Source: an uncultured Thermoplasmata archaeon
GTDB lineage: Archaea > Thermoplasmatota > Thermoplasmata > Halarchaeoplasmatales > Halarchaeoplasmataceae
DNA length: 59,681 nucleotides
Assembly (NCBI GenBank): GCA_964535805.1
Contig: CAZHUM010000004.1
Coordinates: forward strand, 1-59,681
Direction: 5' to 3'
Shown here piece by piece: positions 19,561-28,347 of the stretch; position 1 is the stretch's first letter; each line of letters starts with the position of its first letter. The notes under the pieces were generated by a model that saw only the letters and a list, made by a program, of their open reading frames with translations, was not told where the DNA came from and did no database searches. The position numbers were made by a program, and so were the translations under genes.

Positions 19561-20103
19561 TCAGTACCAGTCGCCCTTCTGCCGTTTTAATTCCCTTCTG
19601 CTGCCCTCTAAGAACGAGTAGACCGTCTTGTGCTCTGCTCCCGACAATATCATCTCGACTGCCCTTCTAGCGGTGTTCATCTCATAGGTCCTTCCTATTA
19701 TGCCGACCGTTTTCCCATAAACGGAAACATAGGCCCCGCTCAATTCCTCAATCAGCTCTCTAGTTCTGCCGTTGGTACCGATCAATCGTGCTTTCATCCT
19801 GCGCACCGATTTGGAACTTTTACCTACATAACTCTTGATATCAAATAGCTCGAAATAATAATCGTCTTTCAAAATTTTTACAGCTTTCCTCGGACTAAAT
19901 CCCCTTCCTATGGCTTTAACGATATCTTCTACTTTCATACCTAAGATAGGGTCATCGACTCCTCTTGTATCTACATCCACATTACCCGTTTGTGAATCTA
20001 TCTCCAGTTCAGCACCACTTTTACTTTCTATCATCTCTTTAGTGGTACCCTCTTCACCTATCAATACACCGATCCTTTCCTTCGGAATTTTAACCATGCC
20101 CAT
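19561..20103 (-). CDS. KH-domain RNA-binding protein (archaeal Dim2/Pno1-like)
   Basis: Two KH-like modules (IGVLIGEEGTT..., LIGTNGRTRELIE). Directly downstream of rio1, a pairing common in archaea. Confidence 0.85.
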   Translation of the reverse strand: MGMVKIPKERIGVLIGEEGTTKEMIESKSGAELEIDSQTGNVDVDTRGVDDPILGMKVEDIVKAIGRGFSPRKAVKILKDDYYFELFDIKSYVGKSSKSVRRMKARLIGTNGRTRELIEELSGAYVSVYGKTVGIIGRTYEMNTARRAVEMILSGAEHKTVYSFLEGSRRELKRQKGDWY

Positions 20104-20107
20104 GTTA

Positions 20108-20854
20108 TCACGCTATCTCTAATCTATCTTTTATTTCAGTCTCTTCTATATCCAAACCCAATCCTTTAAAGTATTTTACTATATTCCTGATGTCTCTCTC
20201 TATCAGTTCTTCCGCGATGGTGTGGTCCAACGGCACGGCTTGTGAGACGTCGATGATGTAAGGCAAACCGTCGTTCGACATCAGTATATTGTACTCGCTG
20301 AGATCACCGTGAACTAATTCAGCATCATTAAGCAATTTATACATGTCATCCAGTACGTACTCATAGATCTCTTTTGCTTCTTCTTTGGCAAATATATAAT
20401 CCTTCAACATAGGTGCTGGGTATCCCTCGAATTCGACCAGTTCCATTATCAGTATGTTCTTTGTGCAGTGAACCGGTTCTGGCACCGTTACATCGGATTC
20501 GTGCATCTTCTTCAGATTTGAAAACTCTTTCTTGGCCCATGTAAAAACCAATTCCTTACCCGAACCGATATTTTTGAATCTGTGATCTCCTTCTATGTAC
20601 TTTCTGTACTCTTTGAATGGAGCGGTTGATGTCCTCATTATCTTCACCGCCAAACTACTGCCCTCTCTATCTAAAGCTTTGAATACCTTGGCTTCTTTAC
20701 CGGTAGATATCGGATAATCAAGTATATCTATAACATCTTTGGTCATCAGGCGATATAATATGTTCAAAGTTCTCTTATCGAAGACTTCGTCTATGGTCTT
20801 TCTACCTGGAATGTTGATCCTTTCTTTCAGGTATTGTTCCTGTTTTGCACACAT
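20108..20854 (-). CDS. rio1: RIO-type serine/threonine protein kinase Rio1
   Basis: ISTGKEAKVF, LVHGDLSEYNIL and IIDVSQAV motifs. Confidence 0.9.
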   Translation of the reverse strand: MCAKQEQYLKERINIPGRKTIDEVFDKRTLNILYRLMTKDVIDILDYPISTGKEAKVFKALDREGSSLAVKIMRTSTAPFKEYRKYIEGDHRFKNIGSGKELVFTWAKKEFSNLKKMHESDVTVPEPVHCTKNILIMELVEFEGYPAPMLKDYIFAKEEAKEIYEYVLDDMYKLLNDAELVHGDLSEYNILMSNDGLPYIIDVSQAVPLDHTIAEELIERDIRNIVKYFKGLGLDIEETEIKDRLEIA

Positions 20855-20879
20855 CTACTTCAATCCAGTTCTTATGAGG

Positions 20880-21191
20880 TTAAAAACCTTTTGAATTGTC
20901 GGGGGGATATTTCTTCTCATTCTTCTCTATTTTCTTTCTGACTGCATCACCAAGATCTACATCAGTTACATCCGCGAGAGAAAGTAGATATATCAATATG
21001 TCAGCCATCTCATCCTTCAATTCTTCTATATCCACATCACAGTCAGATGATTTCCATTGAAACAATTCTAAGAGCTCCGCTGATTCGATTGATATCGATA
21101 TACTGATGTCTTTTGGATTATGGTACTTCTTCCAATCCCTTCGATCCCTAAAATCAACAACTAAGTCCTGCAATATTTTTAGATCAGTCAT
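20880..21191 (-). CDS. MazG-like nucleotide pyrophosphohydrolase
   Basis: FRDRRDWKKYHNPKDISISISIESAELLELFQW...EMADILIYLLSLAD (EExxE/D all-alpha NTP-PPase pattern). Confidence 0.8.
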   Translation of the reverse strand: MTDLKILQDLVVDFRDRRDWKKYHNPKDISISISIESAELLELFQWKSSDCDVDIEELKDEMADILIYLLSLADVTDVDLGDAVRKKIEKNEKKYPPDNSKGF

Positions 21192-21241
21192 AGATCAAAA
21201 TATAGAAGTAAAATATATGTAATTTATTAATCAAAATGATG

Positions 21242-21283
21242 AAAAAGGGGTTGGATCGTCAGAGGGGGTTGGAGATTCCCTCT
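21242..21283 (-). terminator. Candidate terminator after albA: 6-bp hairpin followed by a T5 run
   Basis: Minus strand reads AGAGGG-aatctccaacc-CCCTCT overlapping the albA stop, then CCAACCCCTTTTTC. Confidence 0.3.
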
Positions 21284-21563
21284 ATTCTTCTAATTTCATC
21301 GTGATTTCCATCGAAGAAACGTTGGTTGTTCCTTCTCCTCCCTCTCTTTCTAACTGTTCAGTGTCCGTTTTTATGTCGATTATATCCGATGTAGGCACGA
21401 ACCGATTTTTTGTTATCTCAGCGACATCCACTGCCTTGCTTATAGCTCTTCCTCGTGCTTTGATAACAACTTCATCAGATCCGCTGTTGAATTGTGTAAC
21501 AACAGCCATCACGTAGTTCATGGTTTCTTTCTTTCCGATATACACTGTATTTTCATCATCCAT
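21282..21563 (-). CDS. albA: Chromatin/RNA-binding protein Alba
   Basis: [21 protein letters not shown]...[25 protein letters not shown] lies 8 nt upstream of the ATG. Confidence 0.95.
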   Translation of the reverse strand: MDDENTVYIGKKETMNYVMAVVTQFNSGSDEVVIKARGRAISKAVDVAEITKNRFVPTSDIIDIKTDTEQLEREGGEGTTNVSSMEITMKLEE

Positions 21564-21613
21564 AGTTTTTGCCTCCTGACTAGTTTTATTGGGTTTTGAT
21601 GTAGTAAATATCG

Positions 21614-21626
21614 GTATATAATATTT
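21614..21626 (-). promoter_or_regulatory. TATA-like box upstream of albA
   Basis: Minus strand AAAATATTATATACC, about 55 nt upstream of ATG 21563. Confidence 0.3.
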
Positions 21627-21641
21627 TGGATAACTATTATG

Positions 21642-21649
21642 AAAAAAAA
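21642..21649 (-). terminator. Oligo-T (T8) run, likely the end of the S24e-S27ae-tRNA-Arg transcription unit
   Basis: A8 on the plus strand equals T8 on the minus strand. It is the first long T run after the tRNA and its trailer. Confidence 0.4.
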
Positions 21650-21955
21650 TTTGTTTAATTAATCAGAAATTTGTAAACGGACCAACCAAAATTCCTGACG
21701 GATTTTCCTCGCCTTTTAATCATAGATTAAAAGACTCGCCGGGATTTCGGAAACCTGTTTGCGAGATAAGGCGATGAAGTGAGCAAAGCGAGCTGATTCG
21801 CCGGGATGTTGAAAACTTGCTTTTCAACATTAGGCGAGGGAGCGAGTGGAACGAGCGGACTCGTCAGAAATCACAGATTTCTAACTGCCCGTTTTTCGGA
21901 GAAAAACGGACTCCACAAAATGCTATCACATTTTCCTCGTTCGCCAAAATAAATT
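21650..21955 (-). repeat. Degenerate tandem modules carrying tRNA-Arg 3'-end copies plus A/T-rich hairpins (tRNA trailer)
   Basis: tRNA 3'-end copies at 21733-21750 (18/19 vs 21961-21979) and 21795-21807 (12/13). GGACTCG/C recurs at 21857 and 21908. Hairpins at 21714-21732, 21808-21828, 21866-21882, 21890-21908, 21917-21934 and 21942-21960. Confidence 0.7.
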
Positions 21956-22090
21956 TGGCGGACTCGCCGGGAATTTCGGTCGAATTGTGGCCAACCCGAT
22001 TTTCGAACCCGGGATCGGGGCTCCGGAAGCCCCAGTGATATCCATTGTAGCCCGCCTACAGCTGTAAACGGGTAGCTACACTACGAGCCC
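21956..22090 (-). tRNA. tRNA-Arg (anticodon CCG) with two 29-nt non-canonical introns (22045-22073 in the D-loop, 21973-22001 in the T-loop); CCA encoded
   Basis: Hand-folded cloverleaf after removing both introns: GGGCTCG/CGAGTCC acceptor, anticodon arm GGGGC-TTCCGGA-GCCCC, T arm CCGGG-TTCGAAT-CCCGG. Both introns are bounded by bulge-helix-bulge motifs. Confidence 0.75.
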
Positions 22091-22100
22091 AAAACAGTTA

Positions 22101-22253
22101 TTATTTATTCTTAAATTCCGTGTACCCACATTTACCGCAGGAAACCCTGTCTTTATGTACGGCTAAAAATACGCCCTCACCACATTTAGGACAGTTTCTT
22201 CTCTTCCTTTTTAATTCTCCGTTCTCCACTTCATAGATATCGATTTTACTCAC
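22101..22253 (-). CDS. rps27ae: Ribosomal protein S27ae (eS31), 50 aa; below the ORF-track length cutoff
   Basis: Manual translation gives [50 protein letters not shown] (CPxC...CGxC zinc ribbon). The GTG start overlaps the S24e stop; an alternative GTG lies at 22262. Confidence 0.8.
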   Translation of the reverse strand: MSKIDIYEVENGELKRKRRNCPKCGEGVFLAVHKDRVSCGKCGYTEFKNK

Positions 22254-22554
22254 TTTTTTCACCCCCGGTCAATCCATTTCTCTCCAGTATATGCTTCGAT
22301 TCGTATTCATAGGCATCTTCTTTATTTTCATATAGTTTGACTTCAACTACAGATTCGTCTTTACCATATGTTGATTTGATACTCTGGATGATCACTTTGC
22401 CCTTCGCGAAACCGGTCAGATCTGCCACTCTGTTCCTAACTGTTTTTCTGTCAGGTGTGGAAATACCTTCGTGATATAATCTTACAGTGAGTTCTCTCCG
22501 ATTGAACAATTTGTTTTCCTTTTCATTCTCGATTTCCAATTCCATTTCCGCCAT
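22246..22554 (-). CDS. rps24e: Ribosomal protein S24e (eS24)
   Basis: [33 protein letters not shown]... Confidence 0.95.
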   Translation of the reverse strand: MAEMELEIENEKENKLFNRRELTVRLYHEGISTPDRKTVRNRVADLTGFAKGKVIIQSIKSTYGKDESVVEVKLYENKEDAYEYESKHILERNGLTGGEKSE

Positions 22555-22563
22555 CTTATCAAC

Positions 22564-23079
22564 CTACTTCACTTTTTTCATCTTATTTATTACTTGCCAA
22601 GATTTTTTCTTGATTTTATCATTTACTACATTAACAACCATGCCTTCAGAAGGTATCCCATATATTACTATTCCGTTTTTAGGACATAATATAATACATA
22701 CGAGCGAAAGCATATCTTCCTCGCCATCCACTTTTATAAGAACTTTCTCATCGTTATCGATCGCTTCTTTTATTTTTTTCCAAGTTAACTGGTTAATGTA
22801 TCCTGCGGGATTTTCTAACTCTATGATTTCAACATCCGGCAATTTACCGATCGAATAATCTCCCCTCCTAGTCTTTCCGTCTATGATTGCTACATCGGGA
22901 ACTATTCCCTGTTCTAGTAAAGTATGAGTCACGTAGTCACCGACCGTAATTAACGGGCGAAAATCCAGATATCTCTCCGGTAGGTCTCCTTTGACGATCT
23001 CACCTAAGATATCACGTAAGATAAATCGGTCCTCATCTGGTAATTTAAGGTCTGTGTCTGGGATCTTACTTTCGTTCAT
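22564..23079 (-). CDS. DUF359 protein / GTP-dependent dephospho-CoA kinase
   Basis: ITVGDYVTHTLLEQGIVPDVAIIDGKTRRG motif. Conserved archaeal position between spt4 and rps24e. Confidence 0.8.
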   Translation of the reverse strand: MNESKIPDTDLKLPDEDRFILRDILGEIVKGDLPERYLDFRPLITVGDYVTHTLLEQGIVPDVAIIDGKTRRGDYSIGKLPDVEIIELENPAGYINQLTWKKIKEAIDNDEKVLIKVDGEEDMLSLVCIILCPKNGIVIYGIPSEGMVVNVVNDKIKKKSWQVINKMKKVK

Positions 23080-23082
23080 AGA

Positions 23083-23274
23083 TCATTCTCTGACCTTCAA
23101 TGCAAACTTACCGTTCATCTCGATCCCCATCTTCCGGGCGATCTCAGAGTGTTCGTGATCGACTATTATCAGATATCCCTGCCATTCTCGAACGGTGTCA
23201 GAACCGCAGAGAGGGCACTCACTCTCGTCGGTTATAGCGTTACAGTTCTTGCACGCTTTCATCTTCTTTACCAT
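23083..23274 (-). CDS. spt4: Transcription elongation factor Spt4 (RpoE'')
   Basis: Zinc motif CKNCNAI...CPLCGS; 63 aa; follows rpoE'. Confidence 0.85.
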   Translation of the reverse strand: MVKKMKACKNCNAITDESECPLCGSDTVREWQGYLIIVDHEHSEIARKMGIEMNGKFALKVRE

Positions 23275-23829
23275 CTACGATGCCTCCTCCATATCTTCTT
23301 CTATCCACTCTAGTTTACCGAGGCCGTTCTGTCTCATGGTCATACCGATCTTGCTCTCCCTTGGACTCCTCTCGTTCACGCTTATGGTCACGATCCTCGC
23401 CCTGAGCTTGTCGTTTATACCCATTTCTCTTTTGGAATCTTTACCCTTTAATCTCTGATTACCGATGTTAACTTCTACCTTATCATTCATTATCTGGCTG
23501 ATGTGCAGAAGACCATCTAGAGGTCCGAATCTAACAAAAGCACCGAACTTCAATACTTCACATATATATCCGAATATCAATTCCTGCTCTTCGAGTTCGA
23601 ACAAGAGTGCGTCGTATTCGATCTTTTGGAATATAGCCCCGTCACCGTGTACTATCTTTCCATCTCCTATTCGGTCGATATCTTTTGTCAGTATGATCAA
23701 TTTGTTTGCGTCCTCGATAGTACCTTCTAATGTTTCTCTAGCTATATCTCTTGCAACATCGTCCAAGTCTTCGGTCAATCTGTGCGGGGGTATTCTTATC
23801 GTATCACTTTTTCTTTCTATTTTGTACAT
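23275..23829 (-). CDS. rpoE: DNA-directed RNA polymerase subunit E' (Rpo7) with an S1 domain
   Basis: IRIPPHRL N-terminus; S1-like GYICEVLKFGAFVRFGPLDGLLHISQI. Confidence 0.9.
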   Translation of the reverse strand: MYKIERKSDTIRIPPHRLTEDLDDVARDIARETLEGTIEDANKLIILTKDIDRIGDGKIVHGDGAIFQKIEYDALLFELEEQELIFGYICEVLKFGAFVRFGPLDGLLHISQIMNDKVEVNIGNQRLKGKDSKREMGINDKLRARIVTISVNERSPRESKIGMTMRQNGLGKLEWIEEDMEEAS

Positions 23830-23839
23830 TGTCTTTCAC

Positions 23840-25963
23840 CTATGGTATAAGTACTAGATGATGAGCGGCTATCACCGATGCGAACACCAGGGATACTATC
23901 GACATCAATTTCAACAATATGTTCAGTGATGGACCGGAGGTATCTTTGAAAGGGTCTCCGACTGTATCACCGACGATACTTGCTTTATGAGCTGGTGAGC
24001 CCTTTCCGCCTAGGTTTCCCTTCTCTATGTACTTTTTGGCATTGTCCCAAGCACCGCCTGCGTTTGCCATCATGATGGCTAATACGAAGCCCGTGCCGAC
24101 AGACGCTATCAAAAAGCCACCTAAGGCTGCTGGCCCCAATACGAATCCGACCAATAATGGAACGATAATTGCCATCAAGCCGGGTAAAACCATCTTCTTT
24201 AAGGACGAGGATGTACTGATGTTGATGCATCTCTTGTAATCCGGTACGTTTTTACCTTGAATCAGACCTGGGATCTGTTTGAACTGCCTTCTTATCTCCT
24301 TCACCATCTCGTATGCTGTTTCTCCAACAGCTTTCATTGTTATAGCACAGAATATGAACGGGACCATGGCACCTAAGAAAACACCTACCAGGACATTTGG
24401 ATTCAGTATGCTGAACTGTGAGAAATCATCGATGCCTATCCTCGTAGCGTAGGCTGCTGTAAGAGTTAGTGCAGTCAATGCTGCAGATCCGATGGCGAAG
24501 CCTTTTCCGGTCGCAGCGGTTGTATTCCCCAGAGAGTCCAAAGCATCAGTCCTGTCCCTAACTTTGGGATCCAGGTGTGCCATCTCGGCCAGACCTCCAG
24601 CGTTATCCGCTATCGGGCCGTATGCGTCCGTCGATAATGTTATACCCAACGTGGACAGCATCCCGACCGCTGACAACGCTATGCCGTAGAGACCCGCGAG
24701 TGTGAATGAAACTAGTATGGTTACGGACACAATTATAACCGGTGCAAAAGTACTCTCCATACCGGTTGCAATCCCTTGTATTATGAACGTCGCAGGACCG
24801 GTTTCAGTGCTAGCTGCCATTTCCTTTGTGGGTTTGTATCTATCAGATGTGAAATACTCTGTGAAATATCCGATCAAAGTACCCGCTATCAACCCGGTTA
24901 GAACGGCTCCAAATACACGGTATTGTATCATATCAAATTCACCGATTCTAGAGGGTACTAAATAATATATTATGGCAAATGAGAATATTGCCAGGATTAC
25001 ACCCGCGCCCCACGTACCTCTTCTAAGGGCGTTCAATAGAGCTTCCTGGGTTGCATCTTCTTCTGTTCTCACCAAGAAGATCGATACCATGGATGCTATT
25101 ATACCAGCAGCGGCTATCAACAACGGTATCGCGAATATCTCCGCCCCCATGCCCTGAACAGGGCTGTGAGATAGCAGAGGAGTCACTCCTGAACCTTTAT
25201 AAGCCATCCAACCGAGGGTCAATGCAGCGATTATGGAATTTGTGTATGATTCGTAAAGATCTGCACCCATACCTGCAACGTCGCCCACGTTGTCACCAAC
25301 GTTATCGGCGATAACTCCTGGGTTTCGTGGATCGTCTTCAGCTATATCTGCTTCGACTTTTCCAGCAAGGTCGGCTCCAACATCCGCGGCTTTCGTGTAA
25401 ATTCCGCCGCCGACACGGGCGAACAGTGCGATGGAACTGGCTCCGAAGCCGAACCCCGCTATGTAGGTTAGAGCGGATTCTAGATCGACCATCTTTTCCA
25501 TGCTCCACAAAACTATGCTGAGTCCAAGAAGACCCAAGCCTACAACTGTGAGGCCCATTACGGAGCCGCCTCTGAAAGCGATCCTCAGAGATTTATCTAA
25601 ACTTTCTCTTGCCCCTTGCGTTGTCGGTCCACTTGAATCTGTAGCGGTCATCATACCTATATACCCCGCTGCAGCCGAAAGTACCGCTCCAACAAGGAAA
25701 GAAACGCTTGTAAATGGTATAACGCTTCCTTCAAATACATCTTTTACGGCCAACAAAGAAGCCACTACTGCCACGAATATAGCTATGTACTTATATTCCG
25801 TGTGTAGGTATGTTTTAGCCCCGTCCTGGACTAATGATGATATCCTGATCATCTCATCGTTTCCGGGGTCCTGTTTCTTTATGAACATACTAAAAAACCC
25901 GGCTAGACCTAACGCTAATAACGCCGCTAACATCGCCAGTATTGCATACTCTAATCCAGTCAT
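23840..25963 (-). CDS. hppA: Membrane-bound proton-translocating pyrophosphatase (H+-PPase)
   Basis: 707 aa polytopic protein with [37 protein letters not shown] and [17 protein letters not shown] motifs. Confidence 0.95.
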   Translation of the reverse strand: MTGLEYAILAMLAALLALGLAGFFSMFIKKQDPGNDEMIRISSLVQDGAKTYLHTEYKYIAIFVAVVASLLAVKDVFEGSVIPFTSVSFLVGAVLSAAAGYIGMMTATDSSGPTTQGARESLDKSLRIAFRGGSVMGLTVVGLGLLGLSIVLWSMEKMVDLESALTYIAGFGFGASSIALFARVGGGIYTKAADVGADLAGKVEADIAEDDPRNPGVIADNVGDNVGDVAGMGADLYESYTNSIIAALTLGWMAYKGSGVTPLLSHSPVQGMGAEIFAIPLLIAAAGIIASMVSIFLVRTEEDATQEALLNALRRGTWGAGVILAIFSFAIIYYLVPSRIGEFDMIQYRVFGAVLTGLIAGTLIGYFTEYFTSDRYKPTKEMAASTETGPATFIIQGIATGMESTFAPVIIVSVTILVSFTLAGLYGIALSAVGMLSTLGITLSTDAYGPIADNAGGLAEMAHLDPKVRDRTDALDSLGNTTAATGKGFAIGSAALTALTLTAAYATRIGIDDFSQFSILNPNVLVGVFLGAMVPFIFCAITMKAVGETAYEMVKEIRRQFKQIPGLIQGKNVPDYKRCINISTSSSLKKMVLPGLMAIIVPLLVGFVLGPAALGGFLIASVGTGFVLAIMMANAGGAWDNAKKYIEKGNLGGKGSPAHKASIVGDTVGDPFKDTSGPSLNILLKLMSIVSLVFASVIAAHHLVLIP

Positions 25964-26070
25964 AATTTACACCTGAACTGTATCGACATCGTCGTTCTAT
26001 TTATATACTTTTTGTTTTAGAAAATAATAAATGTAACACGTTCTTCCATCATTCAATCGAGTGAAATTCA

Positions 26071-26763
26071 ATGGAAAAAAAAGTTGTTGAATGGAATTGG
26101 GACAATGAAGCCAGGTTGAAACTCTTCCAAGAACTCAGAAATCTCCCAGAGAAAGTTGCCCATGAAGTCGGTGGAAAAAGTGTACTCGATGTTGGCGGTT
26201 GGGGAGGGTCGTTGGCAAATAGGATGGGATATGATTTCCCTGTCTGTGTGGATATCTCACCCCATGACAACATAAAAAAAGTTCACTATGTCCGCGGCGA
26301 TGTTCTCAGATTGCCGTTTTCAGATGAAAGTTTCGATTATGTTATAGCGAAGGCGGTACTTCACCATGTTCCAGATAACTTAGATGGAGCTTTATCAGAG
26401 CTATATAGAGTTACGAAGCGGGGAGGAACCTTACTGGTAGAAGAACCGACCAGTACCAACTTCATCGCTTCTACCGCACGTAAATTCATCACCACCACCA
26501 GTCACGATGAAGACGAGAGACCGTTGGAACCGAAAAAACTGAAAAAAATAATAGAGAAGTATTGGACTATATCCGAATTCCAACCCCATTTCTTTTTTAC
26601 CTATCTAATTCCAGAAACTATCGATTATCTCCCTCGCCCTCTAAAAAAACCCATGAGAAAGGTGATGATGGGGCTGAAGAGATTAGAGAACAATTTTCTC
26701 TTTAAAAGTGATTTCTTTTCCTACAAAGGTGCCTATGTGAGTTTCGTATGTAAAAAGAAGTGA
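26071..26763 (+). CDS. Class I SAM-dependent methyltransferase
   Basis: VLDVGGWGGS (motif I) and LPFSDESFDYVIAKAVLHHV. Confidence 0.8.
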   Translation: MEKKVVEWNWDNEARLKLFQELRNLPEKVAHEVGGKSVLDVGGWGGSLANRMGYDFPVCVDISPHDNIKKVHYVRGDVLRLPFSDESFDYVIAKAVLHHVPDNLDGALSELYRVTKRGGTLLVEEPTSTNFIASTARKFITTTSHDEDERPLEPKKLKKIIEKYWTISEFQPHFFFTYLIPETIDYLPRPLKKPMRKVMMGLKRLENNFLFKSDFFSYKGAYVSFVCKKK

Positions 26764-26764
26764 A

Positions 26765-28285
26765 TCACTTATCCTCTCCTTTTATCTCATCTTTTATATA
26801 TTCGTACATCCCGCCTGGATGCAAAGACTCCATGATATATCCCCATTCTTCTTTGGTGAATTCTCTCATGAGATATAGAATGAATGTGTACATACCTAGG
26901 AATAACACAGCGTAAATACCGAGATCATAAAATCTTAAGATCGGATATATTTTATCCTCAATAGTGAACAACGTAAATCCGGTTACAGCTCCTGCTAAAA
27001 CATGGAGAACAGTCCTTGGGTACATGGTAACTCCCGCTTCTCTATTTGAATAGTATAGCACGAAAATGAACAGGAATATGCTCGATACCATAGTAGCTAG
27101 TGCCGCCCCGATCTCTCTTAACCCTAACAATTCTATTCCAAAGAGTGATGGAGGTATCAATAGTACGTTTAGACTAAAGTTCAATATATTAGCTACTATG
27201 ACTATCTTTGCACCCAATTTTGGCTTGTCGATACCTCCGAAGACACTTTTAAAAGGTCCTGAGACGACCGCGAAGAAAGCGGTTATCCCCATTATCCTGA
27301 ATAGTGGTGCTGCGGGTAGGGCACGGTCTTTCAACAGTATGTGGATTGTCTCTTCGGGGAAGACGATCAAAAAAGCTATCACTGGTATGCTCACCATACT
27401 AAGATAACGTGAACTCTCTTTCACAACACCTTTAATTTCTTCCCATGAGGAGGTCGAATGATATTCTGATATCTTTGGAAATATCACCACAGATACAGCA
27501 CTCGATATACCGATCACCATGGCTGAGAATCTCAGACTAACAGCGTAATAACCGACGTTAACAGAACTCCAGAATATCTGTACCATGACGATGTCTAGAC
27601 GATTTCCAAGCTTGTTGGTTATCTTTGTGAGCATAGATGGTAATCCGAATTTCCAGTAATCTTTTGCAAGAGACCAATTCGGTTTTTTTATTTTAACATC
27701 TTTTAAAAAATAGAGTGCTGCTATTGACATCAATAGACCACCTGCGAGGTATGTAGAAGCGTATTCTATGGCTTGACCACCTGTAATAGCAACATACACG
27801 ATAAAGATTGTAGGTACGTTATAATCCATAAAACGGATGACTTCTCTTTTTGCAATTTCCGAACGTCCTTGGAATGTAGAAACACCTAATTTACCAATGT
27901 TTTTGATGGTAACGAAACCTAAAATAATGTACAACACGGTTTCGTGGGTTTTCGATTCGAAACCCCTTCCCAATATGTATTTCCACGATAAAATCGCTCC
28001 GAATGCTAAAAGAAGCATAACAGCTACACTTATGCTAAGAAGAGAAATGTAAGTGCCCATGCATTCTCCTTCGTCCCTTCCTTCCGATAGCCTTTTAACA
28101 TGGGCATTATCGAAAAGATTGCTTATGAAATTAAATAGTCCAGCGAAAGCCAGAGCGAAATTTACTATGCCGTAATTGTACTCTGGATTGGGCATAAATT
28201 TGAAAACAAAGAAGATACCTATCATCCCGGTCACTGCACCGAATATCTGGTTGAAGTAGACCATGAACGATTTTCTGCCTATCAT
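26765..28285 (-). CDS. Polysaccharide/oligosaccharide flippase (MOP/Wzx-like polytopic membrane protein)
   Basis: 506 aa, a dozen or more hydrophobic segments, positioned at the edge of the glycan locus. Confidence 0.7.
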   Translation of the reverse strand: MIGRKSFMVYFNQIFGAVTGMIGIFFVFKFMPNPEYNYGIVNFALAFAGLFNFISNLFDNAHVKRLSEGRDEGECMGTYISLLSISVAVMLLLAFGAILSWKYILGRGFESKTHETVLYIILGFVTIKNIGKLGVSTFQGRSEIAKREVIRFMDYNVPTIFIVYVAITGGQAIEYASTYLAGGLLMSIAALYFLKDVKIKKPNWSLAKDYWKFGLPSMLTKITNKLGNRLDIVMVQIFWSSVNVGYYAVSLRFSAMVIGISSAVSVVIFPKISEYHSTSSWEEIKGVVKESSRYLSMVSIPVIAFLIVFPEETIHILLKDRALPAAPLFRIMGITAFFAVVSGPFKSVFGGIDKPKLGAKIVIVANILNFSLNVLLIPPSLFGIELLGLREIGAALATMVSSIFLFIFVLYYSNREAGVTMYPRTVLHVLAGAVTGFTLFTIEDKIYPILRFYDLGIYAVLFLGMYTFILYLMREFTKEEWGYIMESLHPGGMYEYIKDEIKGEDK

Positions 28286-28347
28286 ATATTTTCACTTATG
28301 TTGATAAGTTAATAATATTTAAGATTACTAGTGAAACCGTTTATTAA

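Noticed and set aside
21770-21802. Possible C/D-box or K-turn sRNA on the plus strand (GGCGA-TGAAGTGA...CTGA-TTCGCC)
   Set aside because: It is only about 33 nt, the C box deviates from RUGAUGA, there is no C'/D' pair or guide-length spacers, and it would be antisense to the tRNA trailer. This is not enough evidence.
21650-21960. Possible CRISPR array, given regularly spaced short repeats and hairpins next to a tRNA
   Set aside because: The repeat units are degenerate (12/13 to 18/19 identity over short cores), the spacing is irregular (about 52-63 nt), the hairpin stems all differ, and no cas genes or leader-like sequence are present. The recurring core is the tRNA 3' end itself.
21817-22038. 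73-aa plus-strand track ORF
   Set aside because: It lies antisense across the tRNA-Arg gene and the repeat modules. It has no RBS or TATA box and an arbitrary composition, so it is spurious.
21650-22090. An intact integrated mobile element or provirus at the tRNA genes
   Set aside because: Partial tRNA duplications are present at both tRNA loci. However, no integrase, transposase, replication or capsid-like ORF occurs anywhere in the window, and the duplicated copies are only 60-230 nt apart. At most these are scars.
26049-26273. 74-aa minus-strand ORF overlapping the methyltransferase start
   Set aside because: It is antisense to a well-supported methyltransferase gene and lies in the hppA/methyltransferase divergent promoter region. 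No motifs were seen.
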